Counted from the stretch's first letter, positions 10,001 to 16,651 are shown. The stretch is DNA of 32,000 nt from Nostoc sp. PCC 7120 = FACHB-418 (GCF_000009705.1 NC_003272.1:840001-872000); one strand, 5' to 3'. Notes: generated by a model from the letters alone, not told the origin. Program-made: numbers and translations.

Positions 10001-11996
10001 TAGCTACAGCACCCAGTAGCATGAGTAAACGTTTATCTACTGGGATAGAACTGCGCTTGAAAAATATTAAAACTGCCAAAACTTCTTTTCCAGCAATAAT
10101 TGGAATACCAAAACCTGCTTTTAAACCTACTTTGGCTGCTTGTGGCGATCGCAAAAATTGTCCTTGCTTGACCAGAGAAACATCTTCAATCCATTCGGAT
10201 TGTTTGGTTTGCCAAACTCGTCCTGGTAGTCCTTCACCTGGTGCAATTCTCAGATTTTGACTTTGATGACAAAATTCTTCTAAACTTGCTTCCTCGCAGT
10301 AACAAACCAAACTATGTTCTAAAACATGAGATTCTCGATTGGGTGTCCATGCTTCCCCAAAATCCCAGCCAATGGTTTGGCAAATTACCCGCAATACTAG
10401 GGTTAATGCACTTTTCACGTCAACTGCACGGGCGATCGCTTGGGTTGTTAATAGTAATAAACGGCTTTCCGCTTCGGCTTGCTTGCGTTCTGTAATATCT
10501 TTTGCTGTACCCAGGATGTACTTTTGTCCATCAATTTCAATCATTTCCGCACTAAACAGCGTCGTTTTAATTTCTCCATTGCTAGTGCGAAAATCGACTT
10601 CATGATTGCGGATGGCTTTGGCTTTTTCGAGAATTTGGGACAGAAAATGGCACTCTTCTAGATTTACCCAAATATTTAATTCTTTATCGGTGTTACCAAT
10701 GACTTGAGAACGAGAATAACCAAATAAGCGACAAAAACTGTCGTTAACTTCGATATAACGTGTTTCTGGATAAGTACACAGAGCGATGGGGTCAGGGGAT
10801 GCTCTGAAGGCTGATGCTAGTTTTTGTTCTGAAATGCGATGTGCTGCTTCTGCACGCTGGCGTTCCCGTGCTTCTAAGGCTAAGGACACCAAATTAGTTA
10901 AAGAACGAGCAAAATTTTGGTCTTCGGGTGTCCAGTGATGAGGTAATTTTACTGCTTCCAAACATAAAACCCCCACAGTTTTACCTGCTAGACGAATGGG
11001 TGTATCTAGCATGGCTGTGATATTCAAAGGAGTGAGGTAAGATTGAGCAAATTCTTTGGTTCTAGGATCTGTATAAGCATCATCTACGGCGATCGCTTCA
11101 TCTTGATGTAAGGCTTGAAAATAAGTGGGATACTCTTTTGCTGATAAAGACAGTCCTGCACTGTGTTGATTGCGACTATATTCAAATAGATCAGCACATT
11201 GAATTTTCGTAAGTGTTTCGTCATATAACCAAATGCTTGCTCGCTCTATACCTAAATTATGAGCAGCAACATTTGTAATTTCCGCCAGGGCTGTTTTTAA
11301 ATTACCTTGATATAGGACTTGATTTTTTGCCAGTTTCGTTAATACTAAATTATGTTTGTACAGCTTGACAGCATTAATCTGGTATTCCTGCGTATTGTTT
11401 TTTGATCTTGTAATCTTGTTATTACTACTTACTAGCGACTGGGAGTTTAATGATTGATTAATACTTTCTTCGTTATTTAAGTCTGATAGTTGAAAACAAC
11501 ATTCTTTTTTATTACTTATGACATTATGATTCACTGCGTTATTCAACGATATTAAACCGTTCCCAATTGGAAACGGCTCATGATATTCTTCTAATTGGTT
11601 TTTCTGTTGGCTGGAAATTTTTAATTGATTTCTCATCCGTAAAAACAATTCTTCTTGGCATAATGGCTTACTAATAAAGTCAGATACGCCTATTTGGAAA
11701 TAACTACTATATTCGGAAAGCTGGTCAATATAGGTTAGTAAGAGAATAGATATATTTTGGAGGGTTTCTTCAGCTTTTAAATTTTGGCAAAAATAATGTC
11801 CGTCTATTTTATCAATGGAACTATCTATTAAAATGATATCGGGCATTAATTCACTAACACTACTGATTGATATTTTAGCAGTGCCAACCCTTTGTAATAA
11901 GTACTTTGTTTCTGCTAAAAACCCCGACAAACAGTGCCAATTTTCCAAAGAATTATCAATTAATAAAACTTTTGTTCGTTGATAATCTATGAGCAT
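7059..11996 (-). CDS. Multidomain hybrid sensor histidine kinase: REC-like - GAF - PAS - GAF - PAS - PAS - GAF - HisKA - HATPase_c - REC - C-terminal helical domain
   Basis: 1645 aa. H-box is FLANMSHELRTPLNAILGF, N-box is LLNILGNAIKFT, G1 is DTGIGI and G2 is GTGLGLAIS. The canonical receiver is ILVVDDVADSR...LMDMRMPIMDG...NKP. Three GAF-like and three PAS-like segments were recognised by eye. The N-terminal receiver-like domain has IDN instead of an acidic pair. Confidence 0.9.
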   Translation of the reverse strand: MLIDYQRTKVLLIDNSLENWHCLSGFLAETKYLLQRVGTAKISISSVSELMPDIILIDSSIDKIDGHYFCQNLKAEETLQNISILLLTYIDQLSEYSSYFQIGVSDFISKPLCQEELFLRMRNQLKISSQQKNQLEEYHEPFPIGNGLISLNNAVNHNVISNKKECCFQLSDLNNEESINQSLNSQSLVSSNNKITRSKNNTQEYQINAVKLYKHNLVLTKLAKNQVLYQGNLKTALAEITNVAAHNLGIERASIWLYDETLTKIQCADLFEYSRNQHSAGLSLSAKEYPTYFQALHQDEAIAVDDAYTDPRTKEFAQSYLTPLNITAMLDTPIRLAGKTVGVLCLEAVKLPHHWTPEDQNFARSLTNLVSLALEARERQRAEAAHRISEQKLASAFRASPDPIALCTYPETRYIEVNDSFCRLFGYSRSQVIGNTDKELNIWVNLEECHFLSQILEKAKAIRNHEVDFRTSNGEIKTTLFSAEMIEIDGQKYILGTAKDITERKQAEAESRLLLLTTQAIARAVDVKSALTLVLRVICQTIGWDFGEAWTPNRESHVLEHSLVCYCEEASLEEFCHQSQNLRIAPGEGLPGRVWQTKQSEWIEDVSLVKQGQFLRSPQAAKVGLKAGFGIPIIAGKEVLAVLIFFKRSSIPVDKRLLMLLGAVATQLGSLIERKLIESAHRNSEERLQLALEASDLGLWDWNITTGKIYRDWQWQKMLGYTQEDIEDDERVIEQLLHPEDLATVKSAITAHLQGVTPVYEMEFRMRCAAGGWKWVQSRGQIVERNEQGQPLRMTGTTKDITERKILEKELELREARLNAFFSGAPVGMSILDNQLRFVQINELIAHIHGKPAQEHIGKTLEEIAPRIAPLVTPLCQKVLLTGQPILNVELSLPAVNQADSLRHFLVSYFPIPGEGNQLSGVGKVIVEISDVYDELRLRKRAEEALKESIERERAIAQVIQRMRQTLDLDTIFAATTEELRQVLNCDRAVVYRFDSQGSGEFVAESWGKGWISLIEKQKNVPHLTENTAKDQSCLAKLLEYTPQATPDKNFLCVADIYQAGFGSCYIEFLERLQAKAYIIVPILSGDQVWGLLATYQNSGPRQWKTGEINIVIQIGNQLEVALQQAQLLTQTQRQSQALEAAAIAADAANRAKSEFLANMSHELRTPLNAILGFTQIMSHDKTLSKDNQQNLTIINRAGEHLLDLINDVLEMSKIEAGRTTLNINSFDLIHLLDNLQEMMQGRATAKGLHLKFEYAPNIAQHIQADESKLRQVLLNILGNAIKFTETGSIILRVKMGTGDWGLGTEEDTKTHLSIPNTQSPITNPQSLIFEIQDTGIGICDDEVCVLFEAFGQTEAGRKSQQGTGLGLAISRKYVQLMGGDISVSSAVGVGSTFSFQIQVGLVSAHEIPYQPTTRSVIGLAPQQRECRILVVDDVADSRLLLVKLLSSVGFVVQEAANGQEALAIWQQWHPQLILMDMRMPIMDGYEATHFIRSAEIENHTTIPNPHTIIIALTAHAFEEQRQAMLQVGCDDLINKPFSEKEILEKLNKYLGIKYLYQEDSSQTLKARTKIFTHDNLLPLLSTLPRDWLINLYNAAAQCSDDLILKLVGEISAENTALKEYFVDLAHNFQFEKIMEIVSTIKDIS
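8016..8110. repeat. Palindromic heptamer-repeat (STRR1-type, CCCCAGT) insertion lying in frame inside the kinase HATPase_c domain
   Basis: The right arm, 8079..8110, is CCTCAGT followed by (CCCCAGT)x3 and CCCC. The left arm, 8016..8045, is GGGACTGGGGATTAGTGATTGGGGATTGGG, the degenerate inverse. The region encodes GTGDWGLGTEEDTKTHLSIPNTQSPITNPQS between the N-box region and the G1 box. Confidence 0.8.
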
Positions 11997-12307
11997 ACTA
12001 TCAAATTAAGCAGCAAATTTTAAAAGAGATAAACGAACTAAAAAATTAAAATTTTATCAAAATCATCAATTTGGCGATATTTTCGCCAAAACAACTCAAT
12101 TAATAATGATTGTCCCCATAATTATTCACAACTATAACGCACATTTGTTACATAAATGACAAAAGACTAGTGAGTATGGAGAACAGAGAAAGAATGAGAA
12201 CTTTTAACTGTTGCGGTGTATGACCAGCCTCACAAGTTCCTCATGTTATAGCTATAAATTTTTGCTAATGACTCTTAGGCGATCGCCATTACGGTGATAG
12301 AACAAAT

Positions 12308-13120
12308 ATGAGTGCTATGCAATCCCCCAAAAATTTTAGTTGTTCCTCTGTGTATGGGCCTGTCAAATCTTGGCGATTTGGAAATTCTCTTGGTATCGAT
12401 CCCATTGGGGTTGTGTCTACTTGCTCATTTAACTGCGTCTACTGTCAGTTAGGGCAAATTCAAACACATACCAGTCAGCGTCAGATTTTTGTACCCACAA
12501 GCCAATTATGGGAGGATTTGCAAGCACTTGCACCTTATGACCAGGTAGATGTCGTCACCCTCAGTGGCAGTGGCGAACCTACTTTAGCACTAAATTTAGA
12601 GGAAATTTTGGCGATCGCAAAACAGGTAACACAAAGGCCAACAGTAGTCTTAACCAACAGTACTTTGCTGAGTGACATTAAAGTCCGTCATGCTTTGCAA
12701 TCAGCAGATATTGTGGCTGTTAAATTAGATGCTATTTCGTCAAATCAATTGCAGCGCATCAATCAACCTGTAGCGACAATTAAGCTACCGCACATCATGG
12801 CAGGTATTGAGCAATTTCGAGAGGAATATCAAGGGAATCTCGCTATTCAAACTATGGTGTTATCTCCCTGGACAACGGAAATGATAGAGATTTACATCCA
12901 AAAAATAGAACGTCTAAATCCTCAGGAAATTCAACTGAACGTTCCTACTCGCCCCCGTGTTTTAGTTCGACAATTAGATGCTAGGGGAAATAATGCGATT
13001 GAATCCGTCTCAGATAGTATACGTCAACTTAAATGTCTCAGTGCGAATATCCTCAAGCCACTGGCTGACACAATCCACTATGCCACAAAAATTCCCGTAC
13101 GTTGCGCTCCGATAAACTAG
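12308..13120 (+). CDS. Radical SAM protein (CxxxCxxC cluster motif), unknown substrate
   Basis: 270 aa. YGPVKSWRFGNSLGIDP...CSFNCVYCQLG is a canonical radical-SAM N-terminus, and SGSGEPTL is a GGEP-like SAM-binding motif. Confidence 0.8.
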   Translation: MSAMQSPKNFSCSSVYGPVKSWRFGNSLGIDPIGVVSTCSFNCVYCQLGQIQTHTSQRQIFVPTSQLWEDLQALAPYDQVDVVTLSGSGEPTLALNLEEILAIAKQVTQRPTVVLTNSTLLSDIKVRHALQSADIVAVKLDAISSNQLQRINQPVATIKLPHIMAGIEQFREEYQGNLAIQTMVLSPWTTEMIEIYIQKIERLNPQEIQLNVPTRPRVLVRQLDARGNNAIESVSDSIRQLKCLSANILKPLADTIHYATKIPVRCAPIN

Positions 13121-13155
13121 GGGTGTGGGGGTAAATCTGTCTTTCCCTTACACCC
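13121..13155 (+). repeat. Strand-specific 14-bp hairpin directly after the radical-SAM stop codon; contains the inverse of the GGGTGTAAGGG family motif
   Basis: GGGTGTGGGGG-T-AAA / TTT-CCCTTACACCC with a 6-nt loop. Two G.T pairs work only in the plus-strand RNA. No U-tract follows. Confidence 0.45.
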
Positions 13156-13218
13156 ACCGCCAACAATATTTCTGTGTCGTTCAACTAGTTAACAACTAAC
13201 GCTTCCAAGGAGAAACCA

Positions 13219-13842
13219 ATGGAAACTCAGTCAACCAACCCACCAATTACACTTCCAGAAATTCCCCCTGGCTATCTCAACATTATGGGTTACATCGATG
13301 AGTCAGAGGTAAATGGCCCTGGCTGTCGAGCAGTGGTTTGGGTACAAGGTTGTCCCCGTGAATGTCCAGGATGTTTTAATCCTGATTCGTGGACGTTTGA
13401 AATCAATCAACTAGTTTCTGTAGATTCTCTTGTTGAGCAAATTCTCAGCAAACCGCAAAATCAAGGTGTGACATTTTCTGGTGGAGAACCTTTTCATCAA
13501 GCAATAGCATTGGCGGAATTAGCTCGTAAGCTGAAAGCTGCTGGTTTAAGTGTCATGTCTTTTACAGGCTTCACCCTGAAACAATTACAATCTGAATCAG
13601 CGCCTCCTGGTTCTCAAGCATTATTAGAACAACTCGATATTTTAATTGATGGGCCATTTGTGGAGTCTCTAGCGATTAATTCTCCCGATTCTCCTGTTTC
13701 TTCCAAAAATCAAAAAGTTCATGTTTTTAACCCCGCCTTTGTAGATAAAGTTACCTGGGCTAGTGATCAAATAGAAGTTCACATTCTCAAAGATGGAAAC
13801 CGCATTGTTACTGGTTATCAAGGTTGGTTGGAATTGACTTGA
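13219..13842 (+). CDS. NrdG-like glycyl-radical-enzyme activase family protein (radical SAM, 4Fe-4S)
   Basis: 207 aa. VNGPGCRAVVWVQGCPRECPGCFNPDSW closely mirrors the NrdG signature (VDGPGxR....GCxHxCxGCxNxxTW), and TFSGGEP is the SAM motif. AAGGAG lies 8 nt upstream of the ATG. Confidence 0.8.
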   Translation: METQSTNPPITLPEIPPGYLNIMGYIDESEVNGPGCRAVVWVQGCPRECPGCFNPDSWTFEINQLVSVDSLVEQILSKPQNQGVTFSGGEPFHQAIALAELARKLKAAGLSVMSFTGFTLKQLQSESAPPGSQALLEQLDILIDGPFVESLAINSPDSPVSSKNQKVHVFNPAFVDKVTWASDQIEVHILKDGNRIVTGYQGWLELT

Positions 13843-13848
13843 CAATAG

Positions 13849-13890
13849 TTGATGGTTGATTGTTGATTGTTGACTGTTGGCTGTTGAATA
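13849..13890. repeat. Degenerate heptamer tandem array (STRR3-type; TTGATGG TTGATTG TTGATTG TTGACTG TTGGCTG TTGAATA)
   Basis: Six head-to-tail heptamers start 7 nt after the nrdG-like stop codon. TTGACTG is a circular permutation of ACTGTTG, the complement of CAACAGT. Confidence 0.75.
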
Positions 13891-13988
13891 TAGAACTGAC
13901 GAACTCAAATGCTCTAAGTGATCTTAATGTAGCGACTGTCTTGAAAGTCAAGCGATCGTTAACAAAAACCGGGACTCTGAACATTGAC

Positions 13989-14115
13989 GCAACTGGGGAA
14001 CGCTGCGCTAGATTCTGCGGTGGCTGGTACGGGCAAAAAGACTTGTGGCTCTTGGCTAAGATGGTAGCAGCCCGCACCAGCCACTCCGCTTCGCCGCAGA
14101 ATCTTCCCCAGTTGC
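13989..14115 (-). ncRNA. Candidate structured non-coding RNA in the IS 3' flank (possible bridge/seek-type guide RNA); strand assumed from the recombinase gene
   Basis: Helices of 12 bp (13989-14000/14104-14115), 10 bp (14011-14020/14094-14103), 8 bp (14021-14028/14076-14083) and 5 bp (14030-14034/14070-14074) are all Watson-Crick. They are separated by 10-nt bulges at 14001-14010 and 14084-14093, and the apical loop is 35 nt. The region is visibly more GC-rich than its surroundings. The overlapping ORFs on both strands look non-coding. Confidence 0.35.
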
Positions 14116-14218
14116 TGGATTTCCCGTGAAGATAAAAAAGAGCATCAAAAATTGACCCAAATGCGGCAATAGGATCATCAGGGAGAGTATTTCCAAGTAT
14201 AAAAACGGTCAATTGTGA

Positions 14219-15181
14219 TTAAGCGTTGGGAATGGGTTGTAAGTTGTCAGTAACACGCCAAGGTAAATTATCCCGAACCATTGCATTTAAAATGACTAAC
14301 ATTTTATGAACGCAAGCAGTGAGAGCTAATTTTTTCGATTTACCACGTTCGACAAGACGCTCATAAAAGGCCTTGATAACCGGATTATGACGCATAGCAA
14401 CAACAGCACCCATATAAAGAGTGGCACGAACATGAGCGCGACCGCCATTAATCATGCGCTTACCTTTGTGTTGACCACTATCATGATTGATAGGTGCAAC
14501 ACCAACTAAGCGAGAAATTTGTTTGGCAGTGAGTTGACCGAGTTCTGGCAAATCAGAAACCAGAGTTGTCGAAATAACTTGGCCAATACCAGGAGTAGTT
14601 TTGAGTAAATTAACTTTTTCAATCCATTGTTGATTGTTTTGAGTTAATTGCTCAATTTCTTGATTGAGTTGTTTGAGACGTTCGTCAAGATATTCAATGT
14701 GTGCTTCAATATCTGCCAATGCTTTACCACGGGCGCGTGAGCGTCGATTTTTTTCAGCAGTTTGCATCTCAACTAATTGTCTTCGACGACTAATTAATTC
14801 TCCTAATTGACGAGATGCTTGTGACTCAATGTTTAACACTTGAGGTTTCATTGCTTCCCCAAAGTGTGCCAATATTTGTGCATCGATAGCATCTGTTTTG
14901 GCGAGTTTACCAGTGGCTTTGGCAAAATTTCGTCCTTGACGTGGATTGATTAATGCTACTGGTAGCATTGCTGCCTGTAGTTGAATGACCAGTTCTGTTT
15001 CTAATCCTCCGGTTGCTTCTAGTACGATGAGGTTCAAATCATAAAATTTTAATTGTTCAACTAAATTAAATATTTCTAGTTCTGTATTAGCAAACTTCAA
15101 TGCTTTACCGATGGGACGGATATAAACATCGAGGGTCGCTTTGCTCACGTCAATGCCTACCCACACAGAGATGTTTTCCAT
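14219..15181 (-). CDS. IS110-family transposase/recombinase (N-terminal DEDD RuvC-like domain plus C-terminal Tnp domain with conserved Ser)
   Basis: 320 aa. The DEDD candidates are VGIDVSK (D11), LEATGG (E55) and AKTDAIDA (D97, D100). A central coiled coil is followed by TPGIGQVISTTL helix-hairpin-helix and GVAPINHDSGQHKGKR (S235), typical of IS110/IS1111 recombinases. Confidence 0.9.
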   Translation of the reverse strand: MENISVWVGIDVSKATLDVYIRPIGKALKFANTELEIFNLVEQLKFYDLNLIVLEATGGLETELVIQLQAAMLPVALINPRQGRNFAKATGKLAKTDAIDAQILAHFGEAMKPQVLNIESQASRQLGELISRRRQLVEMQTAEKNRRSRARGKALADIEAHIEYLDERLKQLNQEIEQLTQNNQQWIEKVNLLKTTPGIGQVISTTLVSDLPELGQLTAKQISRLVGVAPINHDSGQHKGKRMINGGRAHVRATLYMGAVVAMRHNPVIKAFYERLVERGKSKKLALTACVHKMLVILNAMVRDNLPWRVTDNLQPIPNA

Positions 15182-15401
15182 TTTTGAATCTCAACTATTT
15201 TGTCAAGAAGTTTTTAATTCATCCCCTTGATTTCACTCATCCTTGCCCGATGCGGACTGTATACTTTAAATGTCAGTAGTTTAAAGCTTTGACCCCGGCG
15301 ACTGTTCGAGTTCTGTCAAAGAGATTGTTGTGGTGACCCATGCTACAAAGCGGTCTTTAATGACCTAGGGTGCGACGGTCTACCACTTCTTTTAATATAC
15401 A

Positions 15402-15462
15402 AGGGTGCGTCAGTGTGATAGAACCTAACTATACTCAGAAATTATTCATACTGACGCACCCT
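15402..15462. repeat. 13-bp perfect inverted repeat (AGGGTGCGTCAGT - 35 nt - ACTGACGCACCCT) 19 nt upstream of ureE
   Basis: Seen directly. An 11/13 direct copy of the left arm (AGGGTGCGACGGT) lies at 15367..15379, allowing alternative pairing. Confidence 0.6.
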
Positions 15463-15481
15463 ACCAAACTAACGACTAATA

Positions 15482-15925
15482 ATGTTGACTTTGACGCAAC
15501 TTGTAACACCCAATCCTGATGTAGCAATCACTTTAACTTTGTTTCTCACAGCAGAAGAACGCTGTCGTAGTCGTCACCGCTTTGAGACAGAAGATGGTCA
15601 GGTTGTGTTTTTGCGTTTACCTAGAGGTACACTTTTGCAGGATGGGGATATTCTCCAAGATGAAACCAATGGCAATTTAATCAGAATCGCGGCTAAACCA
15701 GAACCAGTATTAACGGCGGTTGCTCAAACTCAACTTTTATTAATGCGAGCAGCCTATCATTTAGGTAATCGTCATGTACCTGTAGAGATTACCCCGACTT
15801 ATTTACGCTTATCGCCAGATACCGTTTTGCGGACAATGTTGGAACACATGGGGTTAGAAATTACCGCAGAAATTCTCCCCTTTCAGCCAGAATTGGGAGC
15901 TTATGGACACCACCACCCTCACTGA
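15482..15925 (+). CDS. ureE: Urease accessory protein UreE (nickel metallochaperone)
   Basis: 147 aa. It contains the [11 protein letters not shown] motif and a His-rich C-terminus GHHHPH. Confidence 0.9.
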   Translation: MLTLTQLVTPNPDVAITLTLFLTAEERCRSRHRFETEDGQVVFLRLPRGTLLQDGDILQDETNGNLIRIAAKPEPVLTAVAQTQLLLMRAAYHLGNRHVPVEITPTYLRLSPDTVLRTMLEHMGLEITAEILPFQPELGAYGHHHPH

Positions 15926-16592
15926 TCACCATTTTTTACATATTTTACAACTAGCTAGTTCTGCTTTACCTGTGGGAGCCTATAGCTATTCGGAGGGACT
16001 AGAAACGCTTGTAGAAAATGGGACAATTACTAGTCAATCAACTCTGCAACAATGGTTAGAGGCTGAACTAAGTTATGGGGCGATTCGTCTAGAAGCTGCG
16101 GTGATGGTGAGAGCCTATCAAGCTGCCACAATGGATGATATGGAAACCTTATGCTATTGGAATCTGTGGTTATCTGCGGCGAGGGAAACCCAAGAATTAC
16201 GCAATTCTAGCTGGCAAATGGGGCGATCGCTCATGCAGTTACTTGGTAAAATACAACCAGAAATTCTACCTTTAGCCAATGCTGTAGGTAATCCTTGTAA
16301 TTATGCGATCGCTTTTGGAATTGCCTCTGCACATTGGCAAATTAATATTCAAGCCGCCTTATTAGCATATCTGCATAGTTGGGCAACTAATTTAATTACG
16401 GCTGGTGTCAAACTCATCCCCCTCGGACAAACAGCAGGACAAGAATTATTACTCCAGTTGCAACCGTTAATTAGTCATGCAACAGTGGAAATTATGTCTT
16501 TAAAAGATGACGAACTCAGTTGTTGTAGTTGGGGTCTATCTTTAGCCAGTATGCAGCACGAAACCCAATATACAAGGTTGTTTAGGAGTTGA
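15903..16592 (+). CDS. ureF: Urease accessory protein UreF
   Basis: 229 aa. [23 protein letters not shown] is typical of UreF. It overlaps ureE by 23 nt. Confidence 0.9.
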   Translation: MDTTTLTDHHFLHILQLASSALPVGAYSYSEGLETLVENGTITSQSTLQQWLEAELSYGAIRLEAAVMVRAYQAATMDDMETLCYWNLWLSAARETQELRNSSWQMGRSLMQLLGKIQPEILPLANAVGNPCNYAIAFGIASAHWQINIQAALLAYLHSWATNLITAGVKLIPLGQTAGQELLLQLQPLISHATVEIMSLKDDELSCCSWGLSLASMQHETQYTRLFRS

Positions 16593-16644
16593 CGGTTGAC
16601 AGTTAACAGTTAACAGTTAACAGTTAACAGTTAACAGTTTACTA
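16589..16644. repeat. Heptamer tandem array TTGACGG TTGACAG (TTAACAG)x5 TTTACTA (STRR3-like, opposite orientation to the 13849 array)
   Basis: Eight head-to-tail heptamers fill the ureF-ureG spacer. The first unit contains the ureF TGA stop. Confidence 0.85.
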
Positions 16645-16651
16645 TTGACTT

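Larger units (their letters stand above)
13891..15480 (-). mobile_element. IS110-family insertion sequence. The coordinates are a maximal envelope; true ends are not resolved.
   Basis: A single DEDD/Ser recombinase gene sits between about 300-nt non-coding flanks with no terminal inverted repeats, as is typical for IS110-family elements. It lies between an STRR array and ureE. Its size of at most 1.59 kb fits the family. Confidence 0.65.

Noticed and set aside
7779-10661. About ten 60-106-aa ORFs on the plus strand, and two out-of-frame on the minus strand, within the kinase gene (for example 8326..8646, 9973..10260, 10339..10605)
   Set aside because: All are nested in or antisense to a 1645-aa ORF with clear domain motifs. 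They are typical shadow ORFs.
13989-14115. Possibility that the rod-like hairpin is 6S RNA (ssaA) or a transcription terminator
   Set aside because: 6S RNA is about 185 nt with a large central bubble and a small terminal loop, whereas here the largest unpaired region is apical. There is no U-tract on either strand for an intrinsic terminator. This cannot be fully excluded without a covariance-model search.
13808-14212. 134-aa minus-strand ORF, and the overlapping 89-aa plus-strand ORF at 13860..14129, in the IS 3' flank
   Set aside because: Both run through the STRR heptamer array and the GC-rich palindromic rod, which keeps both strands free of stops. The minus ORF also overlaps the 3' end of the nrdG-like gene. 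The translated sequences have no protein-like features. They are better explained as non-coding structured DNA or RNA.
16589-16644. Whether the heptamer arrays could be a CRISPR array or minisatellite-encoded peptide
   Set aside because: The units are 7 nt head-to-tail with no spacers, and no cas genes are present. The arrays are intergenic apart from the stop codon. They fit cyanobacterial STRR repeats.
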